DNA of 64,000 nucleotides from positions 1,426,001 through 1,490,000 of the forward strand of contig OZ218960.1 in NCBI GenBank assembly GCA_965112735.1, written 5' to 3'. Both the position numbers and the translations under genes were made by a program. The stretch is from Phaeosaccion multiseriatum. Taxonomy: Eukaryota > Protista > Ochrophyta, other classes. The first letter of the stretch is position 1; each line of letters begins with the position of its first letter. A model generated the notes under the pieces. It saw nothing but the letters and a program-made list of their open reading frames with translations. It searched no databases and was not told where the DNA came from. Shown one piece after another: positions 12,202-29,800 of this stretch.

Positions 12202-12650
12202 TGACTTAATAGGAATCACCTAAGAAACTGTGATTTTGGGTGTGTGCGTGTGTATATGCATGTGTCTCTGTGTCTCCGGGTCCCTCGAGGGGCCGGTTAC
12301 TCCCCCTCTTGGTCGGGGAGGGGAGGTGCAGGACCAGCACCGCAGTTGAGCCGAGCTTCCGAGAGCCACATCTGGTGGCTGCAGCTGACGAGACGGCGAA
12401 GCATCGTCAGGACGTGGCCCTTGGTGGTGGAGGAGCCAATGCGGCCCGTGCGGGAGACCACCTGCTCGGCGAGTGCGTGTAGGAGTGATTGCGCCTGTGC
12501 GCCGAGTCGTCCGTGGGGCTCGATGGCGAAGGTGGTGAGGCGAACACGCTCTCGGTCGTAGGTGCCGGCATAGTGCCGCTCCTTGCGGGTCTCGCTGTGG
12601 GCTGCTGCCGCTCCCGGTCTGGTGTCCGTGGAGCATGCAGTCAGCCATTC
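12202..12650 (-). mobile_element. 5'-truncated non-LTR retrotransposon remnant (CRE/R2-type restriction-like endonuclease C-terminus plus 3' UTR)
   Basis: ORF 12297-12692 reads PGAAAAHSETRKERHYAG...FAIEPHGRLGAQAQSLLHALA...LRRLVSCSHQ. This matches the AA..AE..K...Y / F..E..G.LG / L.R.S...Q pattern of the RLE domain that ends CRE-clade ORFs. Confidence 0.72.
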
Positions 12651-13041
12651 GAAGCCAGCAGCAATCAGCGGTCGACGAGCGAGGCGGCTCACAAATGGCC
12701 CGTCGTACCAACTCCTAAACTTCAGCAGCTCGTCGCTCGAGTGAGAATTAAAGGAAAAAAAAGAAAGAAGAAAGAATCTGAGCTTGCTGTGCTTACAGTC
12801 AGTTCCCTCACTCGTTTATTTCCTTGTATGCTGGAGGCTTGGGCTTTGTGGACCTGAAACGAGGAGAGTGCCGCTCCAGACGAAGGAAAGAAAGCCGAGG
12901 GAAACCACACCGACTGTGCCGGTTTGGGGAGGAGAAGAGGAGAAGGGGAGAGTGGGAGTGACGGGAGGGTGACAAGGCAGAGATCGGCCGCCAGGAGGTA
13001 GAGGTGGTAGTGGGCGGGTGTGAAGGAAGGACGGAAGATCG

Positions 13042-15277
13042 ATGAGTTCTTCAGGAGTAGCAGCAGGAGAGGCTTGTGTTGCGGCGGTGTTTTCCCCCTG
13101 TCTCCTACTCATCATTCCCTTGGTGGTGATCGTGCTTGCGCTTCTATGGAGGAAGCGCCGGGTGGACAAGCTGCTTAACCACAACAACCAACGCCTGCTG
13201 AGCGCGGGGCACGTGCCTGATGGTCGCCTGAAGGCTTTTCACCACCTCTCTGTGCACGCCATGAGCATGCCCGAGGGGAAGAAGAGGCCCTTCAAAAAGG
13301 GTTTTGTTCTTATCGGTAAGACAAGACGAGAGGAGGGAAACTGGGGTAAAGCTGAGGAGGGTCAAGAGAGCACAACAGCACCAGAGCTTCTTCCGCCTCC
13401 AACCCCGCGTTGTTTTCCGTCGCCCTCCTTTGCCCCTCCCGCTCCTCTTTGCTGGCTCGCTTCAGGCGGTTTCGGCGACACTCCAATGCTGTGGGAGGAG
13501 CTAAGTCAATACATTACAAAAGCAGGGTGAGAGTAAAGGACAGGACATGACTTCCAGGCTGTCTCTCGATGTTTCTTGGCCATCTCTCTCCCTCTCGTCT
13601 GGCTTTCCGTCGCTACGTCCTGCCCTATATATCGATGTCCTCGCTTCCTACTGTCCTTTGTACCGTACTCTCCGCTGCCGATTCGCTGCTGCCACCAGCA
13701 CCCGCTTTCTCCTCAGCACGCAATGACGTAAATTGTCCTTCCCCTCCCCCCCCTCCTCCTCCTCCCTTCTTCTTCTTCTTCTTCTTCTTCTTCTTCTTCT
13801 TCTTCTTCTTCTTCTTCCCATCTTTCTCCTTCTCCTTCTCCTGCTGCTCCCCTTACCAACTGCTGAAACATTAGACACTTTTACGTGACCCCCCGCACTC
13901 CTGGCTGGGCCCGCGACGACGGCTTCCGCGAGATTAGCTTGGTGGGCTGGAGGGAGTGGGTGCTCAGGGCCAAGGAGGCTCTGGCAGGTCAGTGAGGATG
14001 AGTTTCTCACCAAGTACTGGTGAAAAGAAGGTTGACTGAAAGCCGACAATGACTCAGCCCTCCTCCTCCTCCTTCCTTGTCCTCCTCCTCCTCCTCCTGC
14101 TGCTGCTCCTCCTCCTCCCCGCATTGGAAGCGAAAATTCGGTACACACCATGTGATTGAATTGATTTATCACGAGCCTTTTACCCTGCGTATGTCTACTC
14201 TCCACTCCCCCCTCCCTAAACCTTTGCCTAAGCGCTGCTTCTTTCGCTCTCCTTCCTTCCACCGTCTCTGTCTTCTGCTACCATCTTCTCTCCCAACCAT
14301 CATATCCACAACCCCCACCCAACCCTTGTCCTTCCTCAGTGGCCAAAGGTATCTGCGAAGAGGTGACCATTTGCGGCCACTCTACAGGAGCAGTGGTGGC
14401 TGCTTTGGTGGCCGAAACGGAAGAGGTGGAGCGAATAGGTGAGGAGAAGCAGCAGGAGGCGAGAGAGAGGGAAGGGGAGGCACGTGGTGTGTTTTCGACG
14501 CGCGCGCACACACACACGCACGCGCGCGCACACACACACATACATATGCTATTTCTTTCCTACTCCACTCTCTCTCTCCCTGTCCTATCCTTCCTCTCTC
14601 CACATTCTCCTTCCCCTCTTGTCCCCCTTCCTCTCCCTCTCCCTCCCGCGATCTGTACTGCGCCGCTGACCCCCCTTGCCCCCTCCCGCCTCAAACACAC
14701 ACACACACACACGCGCCGACAAACCCACCCACACACACACACACGCGCGCACACACACATACCAGTCTTCACTGGTCCCAATCTGGTGTGCAACCCTTCG
14801 GACATGTGGGCCAGAAACCTCCTGCTAAAGCCGTACCTCGGCACTTTCATCGCGTGGTTTCTGTGGGTGACTCCCAAGAAGCAACGCGCAGGTCGCCCCG
14901 TGGATACGCTCAACTCCGCCGTTTACGAGAAGGGCTATTATTTGACAGCCTTTCCCATGCGGGCGGTTCAGTCCATGTGGAAAGCTCAGGACGCAATGTC
15001 TGGCGAGTGGCGAGTAAGGAAAGAGGTGGTGCTGCTTATGGGCGAGCAGGATGGGAGTGTGGCCCCCCTGGAGACCCAAGTGGCCACGGCCAGAGACTTT
15101 ATCCCTGGAGGCGGTCGCGTGGATGAGAAGAATGGAGGTGGGGATGGGGATGGTAACGGAGGGACGAGAGGGGTGGCGTTACGGTTCGAGAAGGTGAAGA
15201 ACGCCGCTCATGGGCTATTGTCAGAGACTCCGGACGTGGTGGAGTACGTTGCACGCGTGCTGCTGGAGGAGAGGTGA
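13042..15277 (+). CDS. Membrane-anchored alpha/beta hydrolase (carboxylesterase/lipase-like)
   Basis: Five exons (introns ~13316-13466, ~13528-13874, ~13988-14339, ~14439-14765). N-terminal TM helix, oxyanion loop LIGGFG, nucleophile GHSTG, acid in MGEQDGSV, His in AAHGLL. Confidence 0.82.
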
Positions 15278-15630
15278 ATGGGGGTGACCACATACATTGA
15301 ATAGATAGGTGTTTGTGGGGAGTGAGTGAGTGACTTGAACGAAGGAGTTGAGTGAGCGAGTGAGTGAGTTGCGTCGGCGTTTACTCTCTCCTCCTCACAC
15401 GCGCATGGGCTCTCTCTCACGGGTCCGATCAAAATTGAACTCCGAAGTAAAAGTTTTTTTTTTCTATTACAATACTTTCTGTAAATGCATACTCTCTCCA
15501 GGCGTTTGCATGTCTCAGCGCACGCACACCCTGCCCTGCGCCTATATTCTTCTACACACACATCAACACACACACACATCACATCAGCACTGCACCACAC
15601 CCCCCCCACACACCATCCTCCCTCCAATCA

Positions 15631-19821
<4,191 letters not shown>

Positions 19822-19967
19822 GGTTTTGCTTTTCTTGTGCACTTCTTGTCCCCTCCCTCGGTGTGGCGCCCAAAGGGATGGCACCAAACGCGTGTTCATT
19901 CCCCTTCATTTTGGCAGGAGCATCTTTGGCATCTTTTGTGATCCTTTGCTCCGGCTGTAGATCTCCC

Positions 19968-21499
19968 ATGCGGCCCTTGACTGTTGGTGTTCTGCTGGGA
20001 GGAGGGGTAGCAGCATCAGCAGCAGCGGGAGTAGCGGGAGCAACAACGACAGCAGGAGTACCAGCTCTTTCAGAAGCACGGTCATGCGAAGGCGCGCAGC
20101 AATGGCGGCGGCCGCAACCGTCCGGGAAGCTATTTGCGAAGAGCAAGAGGAGACGGAGGTCGCTCTCTTCCCAGCTACCTCGATCAACACCGCTATCGAC
20201 GCGCCAATGGACCGCGGCAAGACTGCGAGGAGGGGCAGTTGGAGAAGCAAGAGGAGAAGGCCTAGTTGGCTCCTCAGCATCAGTGTGTAGAGCAACCGCA
20301 ACCACACACGAAGAAGAGCCGGACGAGACCACGGATCAGGCACTAGCACATAGATCAGTTCCGGATACTGCGTGTGCTACTCTTCCGAATGGCGAGACAG
20401 ACGCACTTCGAGATGCTGTCTTTCTCACTGGTGGCGGAGGTGGCGGTGCCACATCCAGCAGGCTCCCGGCAGTGCTTCGCAGCCTCGGGGGCTGGGGACT
20501 AGTCACTGCGGCCTTTACGTTCTCCACCTTTAAGGGCGAGGGGGCAGCAGGTCTAGGCGCGGTCGAGCTGTCGGTCTTCGTCACGGCCATCCTCACGGCT
20601 TCGATCTACTTTGGCTCGGGTCTGTTTGTCGGGCTGGGGTTCTCCCCACTGTCTAAGCCACTCACCAACAGCAGTAGCAGTGAGCGTGGTGCCGACTCTG
20701 CTGCCCCTCCCCCGGGCTTCTTGCGCTTTCGCAATGCCTACCTGGTGGTGCATCTGTTGGCGACTCTCGCAGATTTCATGATGGGGCCGTATCTCTACAG
20801 GCTGTACTCAGAGAAGGGTGAGTGGTGTGGGTGAGTAGGATAACAAGGGATAAGTTTTCTCTCCAAAGGGATCCAAAGGGAGGAAGGGAAGGGAGGGAGG
20901 GAGGGAACACAGAGCGCCGGCCAGAGACAACTGACCGGGGTTTCGGGGCACGAAAGAACACAGAGCCCTCTCGCACATGGTTTCCGCGTATATAGAGAAG
21001 CCAAGGAAATGGCACCAGAGGATCCGACTCATCCCTTTTCATCTGGTGCCATCTTGTCAGCATACGTATCTACTACACCTCATCCCATTCCCAATCAACC
21101 TCTCCCTTTAATTTGTTCTTTGCTACTGCGTTTCGTCCCCCCCCCCCCCCCCAGGTCTGGAGATGAAGGAGATCGGGCTGCTCTTCACCGCTGGCTTTGT
21201 ATGTGCGGGGCTGGCCAGCATGGGTATCGGAGCTGTGGTGGACAAGTTCGGAAGGCGTAACGGCTGTCTGGCGTCGTGCTTCCTGCACGCCTTGCAGTGC
21301 ATGATGCTCCGCGCGGGGTGAGTTTCACACGTGTTGGTTTATGTGCGCGCGCGTGTGTGTGTGTGTGTGTGTGTATGTGTGTATGTGTGTGTGTGAGCGA
21401 GGTTAGTGGGGGTTTCTCGCCCTGCCCCCGCGCCGCCCCTTCGTCTCTCTCGCCTCGCTCTTTCTCTGCTGCAGGGGATGAGCATGCCCGTTCTCTGAT

Positions 21500-21548
<49 letters not shown>

Positions 21549-23800
21549 AACTACCGCGTCCTGCTCCTGGGCCGGGCCATATCAGGTGTGGCGAGCGCTC
21601 TCTTCGCCACCTCCTACGAATGCTGGATGGTGGACGAGCACCACAAGAGGGGCTTCCCCTCCGGCCTCATGGGCAGGACCTTCAGCCAGTATGTGCAGGT
21701 ACGTAGGGTCCAGGGATGCATGTGTTGGCGGGCTGGTGGGAAGGGGGCTGCCCAGAGTAGGGGCTACAGGCCAGGGAGTAGGGAAGTGGGAGTGGTACAA
21801 GGGGCAGGGATGGCAGTGGATGGGAGGGGCAGGATCGTCGAAGAACTCACTTCTGAGGAGCAATTGGGCGTGTGTCTACAGAGGAAATGTACCCACTCCG
21901 GCAATGCCCACCATGCCCAACCATGTCTCACCTGTGTTTCTCTCTCTCCCATTCCATCTCTCTCTATACACATACATCCATCCCTCTCTCTCACATACAC
22001 ACACACACATACGCACGGCAATTGAATGTGTCAGGGTATGGGCTTGGTAGCCGTGTGCGCCGGTCAGCTGTCGGGGCTGGGGGTGGACAAGGGCTGGGGC
22101 ATACACGCTCCCTTCGACTTGTCGGCCGCCGCAGGCGTGTGCGTGGCCGGCTTGCTCATGCTGCTGTGGACGGAGAACTATGGTGGGGGGGGGAAGCTGG
22201 ATACCATCACGTCATATTTGTTTCTATCTCTGTCTGTCTGTCTGTCTGTCTGTCTGTTTCTGTCTGTCTGTCCGTCTATCTGTCTGTCTGTCTGTTGGAG
22301 GGGAGTACGAACGAGTCAACCACCGCCTGACCAACCCGACGTTGGGCTTAGCAATGCGAGGCCTCCACGTGCATCTTCCTCCTCGCACTGGACTTCTTTG
22401 ACTTCTTTGACTACTTTGACTACTTTGTCTTCTTTGACTTCTTTGACTTCGCGTCTCAAAACCCCCAGGGGCGGGCGGAGCGTATCCCTGGTCCTCCCAC
22501 GTCACCCCCACGTCACCCCCACGTCACCCCCACTCATCCCCCCCCCCCCCCCCCAATCACTCCCAATCTCAGGCACCTCTCAGGCGCTCACCCGCAAGAG
22601 CGGAGGTGTAACGGCGGCCGTGAGGGACGCATGGGGCAACATCCTCCTCGCATGCAAGCAGATCAGCTCCAACACCAAGACGCTTTGCGTGGGGCTCTAC
22701 CAGTCTCTCTTTGAGAGCGCCATGCTGACCTTTGTCTTCATGTGGACCCCTGTTCTCGACGCAGCCAGTCAAGCAGAGGCCGTAAGCAGGGGTGTACCCT
22801 TCACGGGCATTCACCACGCCACCATCTTCACGGGATTCATGATTGCGGTCATGGGAGGAAGCACCGCTTTCGGCTTCCTAACGGAGGCCCTGCCCTCCAG
22901 GTGGAGGTTACAGCCGGAGAAGGTGCTGCTGTTGGTGGGCCTGTTGGGCATGGGGGCAATGTATGCCGTCGCCAGCTCGCACACGCCCGCCGTGCTCATG
23001 ACCGCCCTGCTGCTCTTTGAGGGCTGCGTGGGAATGTATTTCCCCGCCATCGGTGAGTGAGTGGATGGATGGAAGGGGACGGCGGTGGATGGCACTAGAG
23101 GGGAGTGGATGGCAGTGCATGGCAGTGGAGGGGAGTGCATGGCAGTGGATGGCAGTGGATGGAAGTGGATGGCACATCGGCGTCTGCGGTGTCTGTCGCA
23201 CAGCGGCTGAAGGGTGTGTGGCCTTGCTTGGGGATTCAGCCCTTCCCCTTGTGTCAGTGTCTTTCAGCCCTTCCCCTTGTGTCAGTGTCAGGCCAACAAC
23301 ACAAGGAAAACGCCACACTCATTTCCACGCGCCCTCTGCCCCTCGCTCAACCCCCCCCCTCCTCCTCCTCCTCCTCCTCCTCCTCCTCCTCCTCCTCCTC
23401 CTCCTCCCCCTCCCCCTCCTCCTCCTCCTCCTCCTCCTCCTCCTCCTCCTCCTCCTCCTCCTCCTCCCCCTCCTCCTCCCCCTCCTCCTCCTCCTCCACA
23501 GGCACTATGCGGTCGAGGTACATCGAAGACAGCGTGCGAGGCACGGTGATGAACCTCTTTCGCGTGGTGCTCAACGCCGTTGTGGTGGCAATGCTCACAG
23601 GGCCCATTGGCAGTGGGTGGGAGCTGAGTGTCCAACAGCCCGTTGTGTTTGGCATCTGTACGGCAATGATGGCGGGTGCCGTGTTGGTTCAGATTGGCCT
23701 GCTGCGTAGCGGGGGTGGTGGCAGCAGCGGGAGCAGGGGGGGGGGCGGGGACGTGAGCAGCGACACTGCTGGAGCAGGTACTGCACTGGAAGGGAGGTGA
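19968..23800 (+). CDS. MFS transporter of the MFSD5/MOT2 molybdate-anion transporter family with long N-terminal extension
   Basis: Six exons with FRNAYLVVHLLATLADFMMGPYLYRLY, GRAISGVASALFATSYECWMVDEH, APFDLS, WTENYG, QSLFESAMLTFVFMWTPVL and FEGCVGMYFPAIGTMRSRYIEDSVRGTVMNLFRV, all MFSD5-family motifs. Confidence 0.9.
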
Positions 23801-24185
23801 AGTGAAGAGGTGGGTGGTAGCAGCAGGTGGTAGCAGCAGACTATCCGGCGGCAGAATTAATTCTTCCTTGTGTGTCGCAGGGACAAGGCCTTCACAAACC
23901 CCACGCCCCCCCCCACCCCCCCCCCTCCTACCCCTCTGCACAATCAACTAATCTGGCTCTCTTTCCCCTCTTTTGATTTCTCTCTCTCTCTCTCTCTCCC
24001 TTTCTCTCTCTTGCTCTCCTCTCCCCACCAATTGTAGGTTCCTCTCCACCCCCTGATAGCGGTACACCCCATGCGCCGCTCCCGCCGCTCTTGGAGCCCG
24101 CACCACCTTCTCCATCGTCTCCTTCCTCCTCCTCCACCACCTCCTCCTCCTCCTCCTCCTTTCCCTCTTCCTCTTCCTCGCCTCC

Positions 24186-24955
24186 TCACCCCCAACCAAA
24201 GGCTAAGCCCCGAGTCGTGGCCAAGTACGCCAAGAGGGCTGTCGGTGCGGTGGCTGTATGCGCTTCGGTGGTGTCAGCGAAGGCACTGCTGTAGGACTGT
24301 AGTCTTGGTGTAGGTAGTCCTGTATCAAGTGCGTTGACGCTTCGGCTGTAGCTCGAGAGCTCATGTGTTCTAAGTTCTGTCGCTCCGTCTCCCTCCATCT
24401 CCTTCAAGAGGAAAAAAGGAAGGAAGGAAGGAAGGAAGGAAAGCTAAAGGAGGGAAAGGCGTGCGTGAGTGCGTGCGAGCGGAGGGAGAAAAAAATAAAA
24501 AGGTCATAAAAACTGAAACCTAAACTGTCTGTACCTATCTGTTTGCTTCCGTATAGTGTTACCTGTTCTTTTACGCACCTTCATACGCCTCATTTGCCTA
24601 TACAGCTCCCAGAACCCCTTGGTCTCGTAGCTGTCTACTGCGCTGCGGTTTGCGGGAAGAGCTGCGCGCTCACCTTCCCACACACTTTGCCTTCCTTGGC
24701 TCCTCCTCGCCCTAAACGGCAGAGAGGAACCACCTCCTCCTCCGAAGATCAACACGCAATCGGCAAGCAGATCACTCGCCGCCGACGAGCTATGGAAGAG
24801 CAAGGAGTGGTCAACTGTGTCGACGTTGTAGTTCCCTGGATGCTATTGTGATGCGGGGGCTTGATCCTTACCCGGGTTATTATCTTGGCTGAAATTTTGG
24901 AGAGTTTGCCAAAGGTGCTCTATTACAGTCCGCACCTGCTGTCATAAGTGGGCAT
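24186..24955 (-). CDS. Small spliced orphan gene or pseudogene of unknown function
   Basis: A typical phase-0 intron at 24578-24402 (GTGCGT donor, pyrimidine tract, AG acceptor) joins ...GFWELYRQMRRMK to EMEGDGATELR...AFGWG*. The 5' exons (possible ATG 24955) are uncertain and no homology was recognised. Confidence 0.4.
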
Positions 24956-25017
24956 TGTGCGTGGTGGTTGAGCTGGTCTGGACCTTCCCATTGACGTCGG
25001 GAAGGAGTTGTTGAACT

Positions 25018-26760
25018 ATGGTCGGTTTTACCGCCCCAGACGGCACGGAGTTCTCGGACAGGGCTGCGTTTCGGAAGTACGTGTTCAAGACAGAGTACAC
25101 CTTTGAAGAGAGGTAAGAAAAGGGGAGGGGGGTTGGTGTGCCATGTGCCTGCTCTGCTGCGGTACCCCCGTGCCGTTTCCCACTTATCCTCTCTCCTTCA
25201 TCGTCTCAACGTACGCGCACCCCCTCAGGACCGGCGAGACTCTATTCAAGCAGCCTGGGCAGATCGACGGGCAGCCCTTCAATCTCACGGACCTCCGAGA
25301 CTGCACCGTGATGCTTCTCGACTACTCAGAGACAGGTGCGTGTCGTGCGAACCCCATCCATGGGCACCCCACCCTGCCAGCACAGCGTCCTCATAGTGCG
25401 AGAGAGCACCAACCGATCAATGAGTCAGTGAAGCACTCAATCAATCACATCACATCACATTGCTGCTCGTGTGCAGTCGTGCTTGCATCCCCTTGTCACT
25501 GTGGTGTGTGGCACATGCTTCTCATATCCCATCTACCCCCCGACCTTGACGTCTCTACGTTACGTGCCCCACGCTGCAACGCCTTCCGCCTACACACTCC
25601 ACCCCAGTTAGCACTCACCTCAAGCGACCGAATACCGAGCCCATAAGCTCTAATGTAAATCTCATATCCCAAGTGAACACCCATTCCCTTGTGCCCTCCC
25701 TCCCTTACTCCCTCCCTCACTCCCTCCCTCTCTCCCTTCCTGCTCTGTCCCCTCCCTCCCTTACTCACTCCCTCCTCTCTCCCTTCCTCTCCCTCCCACC
25801 CTTCCTCTCCCCACCCTCCCTCCTTCGCACCCACCCTCCCCCCCTCCCTCCTTCGCACCCACGCTCCCCCCCTCCCTCCCTCCCTCCCTCTCTCCCCCCT
25901 CTTCCAGTGACTGTGGACGAGGTGCACGATAGCAAAGTGTTCATTGCCGCGTGTGGAGACTCCGTTTTCCTCCGAGACTGCTCCGGCTGCTCCATTACTG
26001 TGGCGTGCAAGCAACTGCGCACTAGGGACTGCCATGACTGCACCATTTGTGAGTCAGTGCAGTGCACCGTTCGTTCGTATTGATCATTCGCTCGGTCATT
26101 CCTTTCCTCCAATTGCCGTTTCAATATAAGCGGTGCACCATATACGTCCGTTTCCCTGATTCAAGTGTGGGTCTTGAGTTCACTTCGCCCCCAACTTTCT
26201 GTCGCCTTTTCTTCGGAGCAACTCCTCCCACTCTTCCCTCCTTCCTGCCTGGCCCAATGCCTTACCCCTTACCTTCCTTTACCTTACCTTACCTTACCTT
26301 CCTTCACCTTACCTTGCCCTATCTTAGACCTCTATTCCAAGACGGAGCCCATCATAGAGCTCAGTGACAGGATGGTCTTCGCGCCCTTCAATGGTACGTA
26401 TGTTTTCTGTGATATTGTCTTCTACCTCCCCGATCACCACCACCACCACCAGCAGCAGCAGTGGACGTTCCCCCTCCGAATCACGCACGGATTGAACAGC
26501 TGCCTTTTCGGCTTTCCACCATCTCACTCCCTTCCTCCTCCTCCTCCTCCTCCTCCTCCTCCTCCTCCTCCTCCTCCTCCTCCTCCTCCTCTTCCTCTTC
26601 CTCCATCCACTGCCATCTCCCCCCTCTGAATAGGGGCGTATGAAGGGCATGGAGAGCACCTCAAGGCTGCCAACCTCACCACTCCCAATCTGGTAAGGGG
26701 AAGGAGCAAGCTCAAACTCAAACATACTGTGCGCCCCATAGGGCGGGTAGTCTGCCTGTC

Positions 26761-26802
<42 letters not shown>

Positions 26803-29800
26803 TGTGTGTGTGTGCGCGCGCGCGTGTGTGTGTGTGTGTGTGTGCGTGTGCGTGTGTGCGTGTGTGTGTGCCTGTGTCTGCGTGTGTCTGCGCGTGTGTG
26901 CGTGTGTGTATGTGTGTGTGTCCGGGCCCTCCATTTTTGGTTGGACGCGCCACTGTTGTGGGGATGGCAGTGGATGTGATGGAGGGGGGATCAAAGATCA
27001 AGAAAGGAGTGGATCCCAATTCTTCTTCAAATGTCCAAGCTGCTGATGCGCCTGCCCCGCCCACACCCCCTGCTCCCCTCCCTCTCACCGTTGGTGGACT
27101 ACTTTACTTGCCTCCCAACTCTCTCACCATTGGTGGGTGGACTCCGTCCTCCTCTTCCGCCTATGGTACCGACTTTAATTTTAAAAAGTGGTTCGCAGTA
27201 TATGACTTCAACGATGAGCAGAAGCTGGGTCACAACTGGGCCCTCATGGACAGCCAACAGCAGCCTCCCGGGGAAAAGCGGGGCCTCCCACCACTGTGGC
27301 AGCCTCTGGACGACGGTGCAGAGTGTCAGGTTGCGGTTACAGATGTGGACACGCCCCTGCCTAGCAAGAGCTCGTCCGGGGAGACTTTCTCGATACATAC
27401 CAGCGCTGACGAGGCGCAGGCTAGGGTGGACAAGGAGCAGTTGCTGATACAGCAGCAGCAGGAGCAGCAACAGCAAGACCATATTGAAGACAGGACAGAC
27501 TCAGCAGAAGGAGGAGGAGGAGGAGGAGGAGGAGAAGAGGGAGAAGCTGAAGTAGATTCCCCCCCCGTTGCAGCAGTTGGTGATACGGCGGCACCACCAG
27601 CAGAAGCGCCAGCGCCGGTGGAAGCAGCGTCAAAGCCCCGGGTGGGGTGGGACCCCTCTCGCATTTCCAAGAGGAAGCAGATGGACGCAGCAGCAGCAAC
27701 AGCAGCAGCACCAACGGCAGTAGTTGGTGGTACAGCAGCAGCCAGCAGCGGCCTAGAGGTGTCCAAGACGCGCGTAAGTTACGATCCAAAGAAGGACCAA
27801 TCAGCCGCCGCCGAGAGAGGGGCCAGAGTGGCGGGGCAGAGCTCTCAGGTCCCCTCCTCCTCGGATACTTCTGTGGAGGGTGGTGGCAGGAGTGGTGGGA
27901 TGGCAACCAATGGTGATGGCTTGACACTCGAGATGGTCGCAATGGTGAGTAGCGAGGGAGGGATGGCCGGTGTGCTGCTGCTTCTGAGAGGTGTGCCTTG
28001 ACAGTGTGATAGACTGTTTGGTGGATGCAGCAATGCTTCCTTACACATGTTCTTGGTCAAGCGCCGTGCCCTTACGTAACTACTCACGTACCTCCTTTAC
28101 ATCCACCGCCCTTCTTTACAATTCCAACACGAATTGTGCGTATGTGTGTATGCGTGTGTGTGTTTGTTCGGCACGTCGCAGATTTGCTTTGCTCGACAGC
28201 GCGGAATGGACCTTCAAAAGTGGTTCACCCCGCCTGATGGGGACGTGCCGGGGGCAGACAGAGGAGCAGCAGCAGCAGGAGGAGGAGGAGGAGGAGGAGG
28301 AGGAGAAGGCGGAGGAGGAGAAGGCGGAGGAGGAGAAGGCAAGCTCAATGGCGGGCGTCTCATGCTACCCCGCTTCAAGTTTGAGGCAATGGTCCTGGGG
28401 CTGGGTCTAGCGCTAAGGGTGGGGCAGGGGGAGGAGGAACGACAAACGATTGATGATGCCGTTTCGTCCTCCTCCGTTGATGCTGCTGCTCGCTTCTGCG
28501 CTGCTTCTTCTTCTGCTGCTGCTGCTGCTGATGCGGATGCTTCAGACGGAGCCAATGGCTCTTCGTTGGTGGACGTGGATGTGTTTTTAGAGGTTTGCAA
28601 CATCCCCTCTGAGGAAGACGAGGAGGAGGGAGGACACAACGGCGGAGGGGTGCGGGTCGGGGCTGTAGCAAGAGTGGCTGCTGCATCGGGTGGGCAGGAA
28701 GGAGAGGAGGAGGGGAAGGAGGAGGGGGGCGAGGAGGCGGGGATGGAGGACCAGGGGGCAGCGGCGGCGGCGGTGGCGGCAGCGACGGTAGCAACAGAAC
28801 GGGAAGACGAAGAGGCAGCAGCGGCAGCCGCACGCATCGCACAGGAGACGGAGGAACTCATTCGCAGCAAGGTCCGTCAGGCCAATCTCTACCGCAGCCT
28901 GACGGAGGCATTGCAGCTGCTGCCCCCGAGTCGCAAGCAGCAGAAGCAGGAGGAGTACCGACGGCAGCACGAGCTGTATCACCAACAGCTGCAGAAGCAG
29001 GGTCAGGGGCAGCAGCATCATCATTCCTTCTCCTCCTCCACCGCATCATCACCCCCCACGCCAATGAAATCGAAACTTCAACAATCGCAGCTATCTCCGG
29101 CGGCGGCGGCGGGGGATGAAACCGCCATGCGGCGTGAGTGGGAGGAGCGACTAAGGGGGAGGAGGCTGGGGCAGGAGCAGCTGCAGAGGGCCTTCGGAGC
29201 GGTAGCAGACTGCCATCTCAGCCCTGCACAGGCCAAGGCGCTTCTCCGGGTGGCTGTGGGTGCGGGTGTGGGGTCTCCCACGCCAGACAGTGTGGACGCT
29301 TTGACCTTGAGGGACTTTTTGCTGCGATTGAGACTCGAGGCCAGGACAAAGGAAGGCAGGCAGAAGCAGGAAGAGAGGTGAGTGAGGGAGGGAGTGCGTA
29401 AGTGAGTGAGTGATTGAGTATGTGAGTGAGTGAGTGAATGAGTGAGTGAGTAAGTGTCCCTCTCGCCTATTCGATTTTGGATTATTTTGCCCCACCCAGT
29501 CCAAACGAAACTCCAAACGGATGGGAGCGCCCCCCCCCCCCCTCTTTCCCCGCTCAAAGTTTGTACAATTGATTTTGTGCACGCTCCACCATGGACTGCC
29601 TTCCTTTCGTTCCTTTCTTCCCTCCCATCTCCTACCCTCTATCAGAGGGGGCTGTCTCGTGGGCTTCGATCAGTGGCTCCTTCGCGTCAAGCAGGAGAGC
29701 AAGGACAAGGAGAAGGAGAAGGAGGTGGCCTTCAAACGAGCCCTGGCCGGCCTACCGCACAGCCTATCTGTCGAGGAAATGAAGCAGTGTACCATGAGGT

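Noticed and set aside
24186-24188. Selenocysteine reading of the in-frame TGA
   Set aside because: There is no redox-motif context and no SECIS element was recognised.
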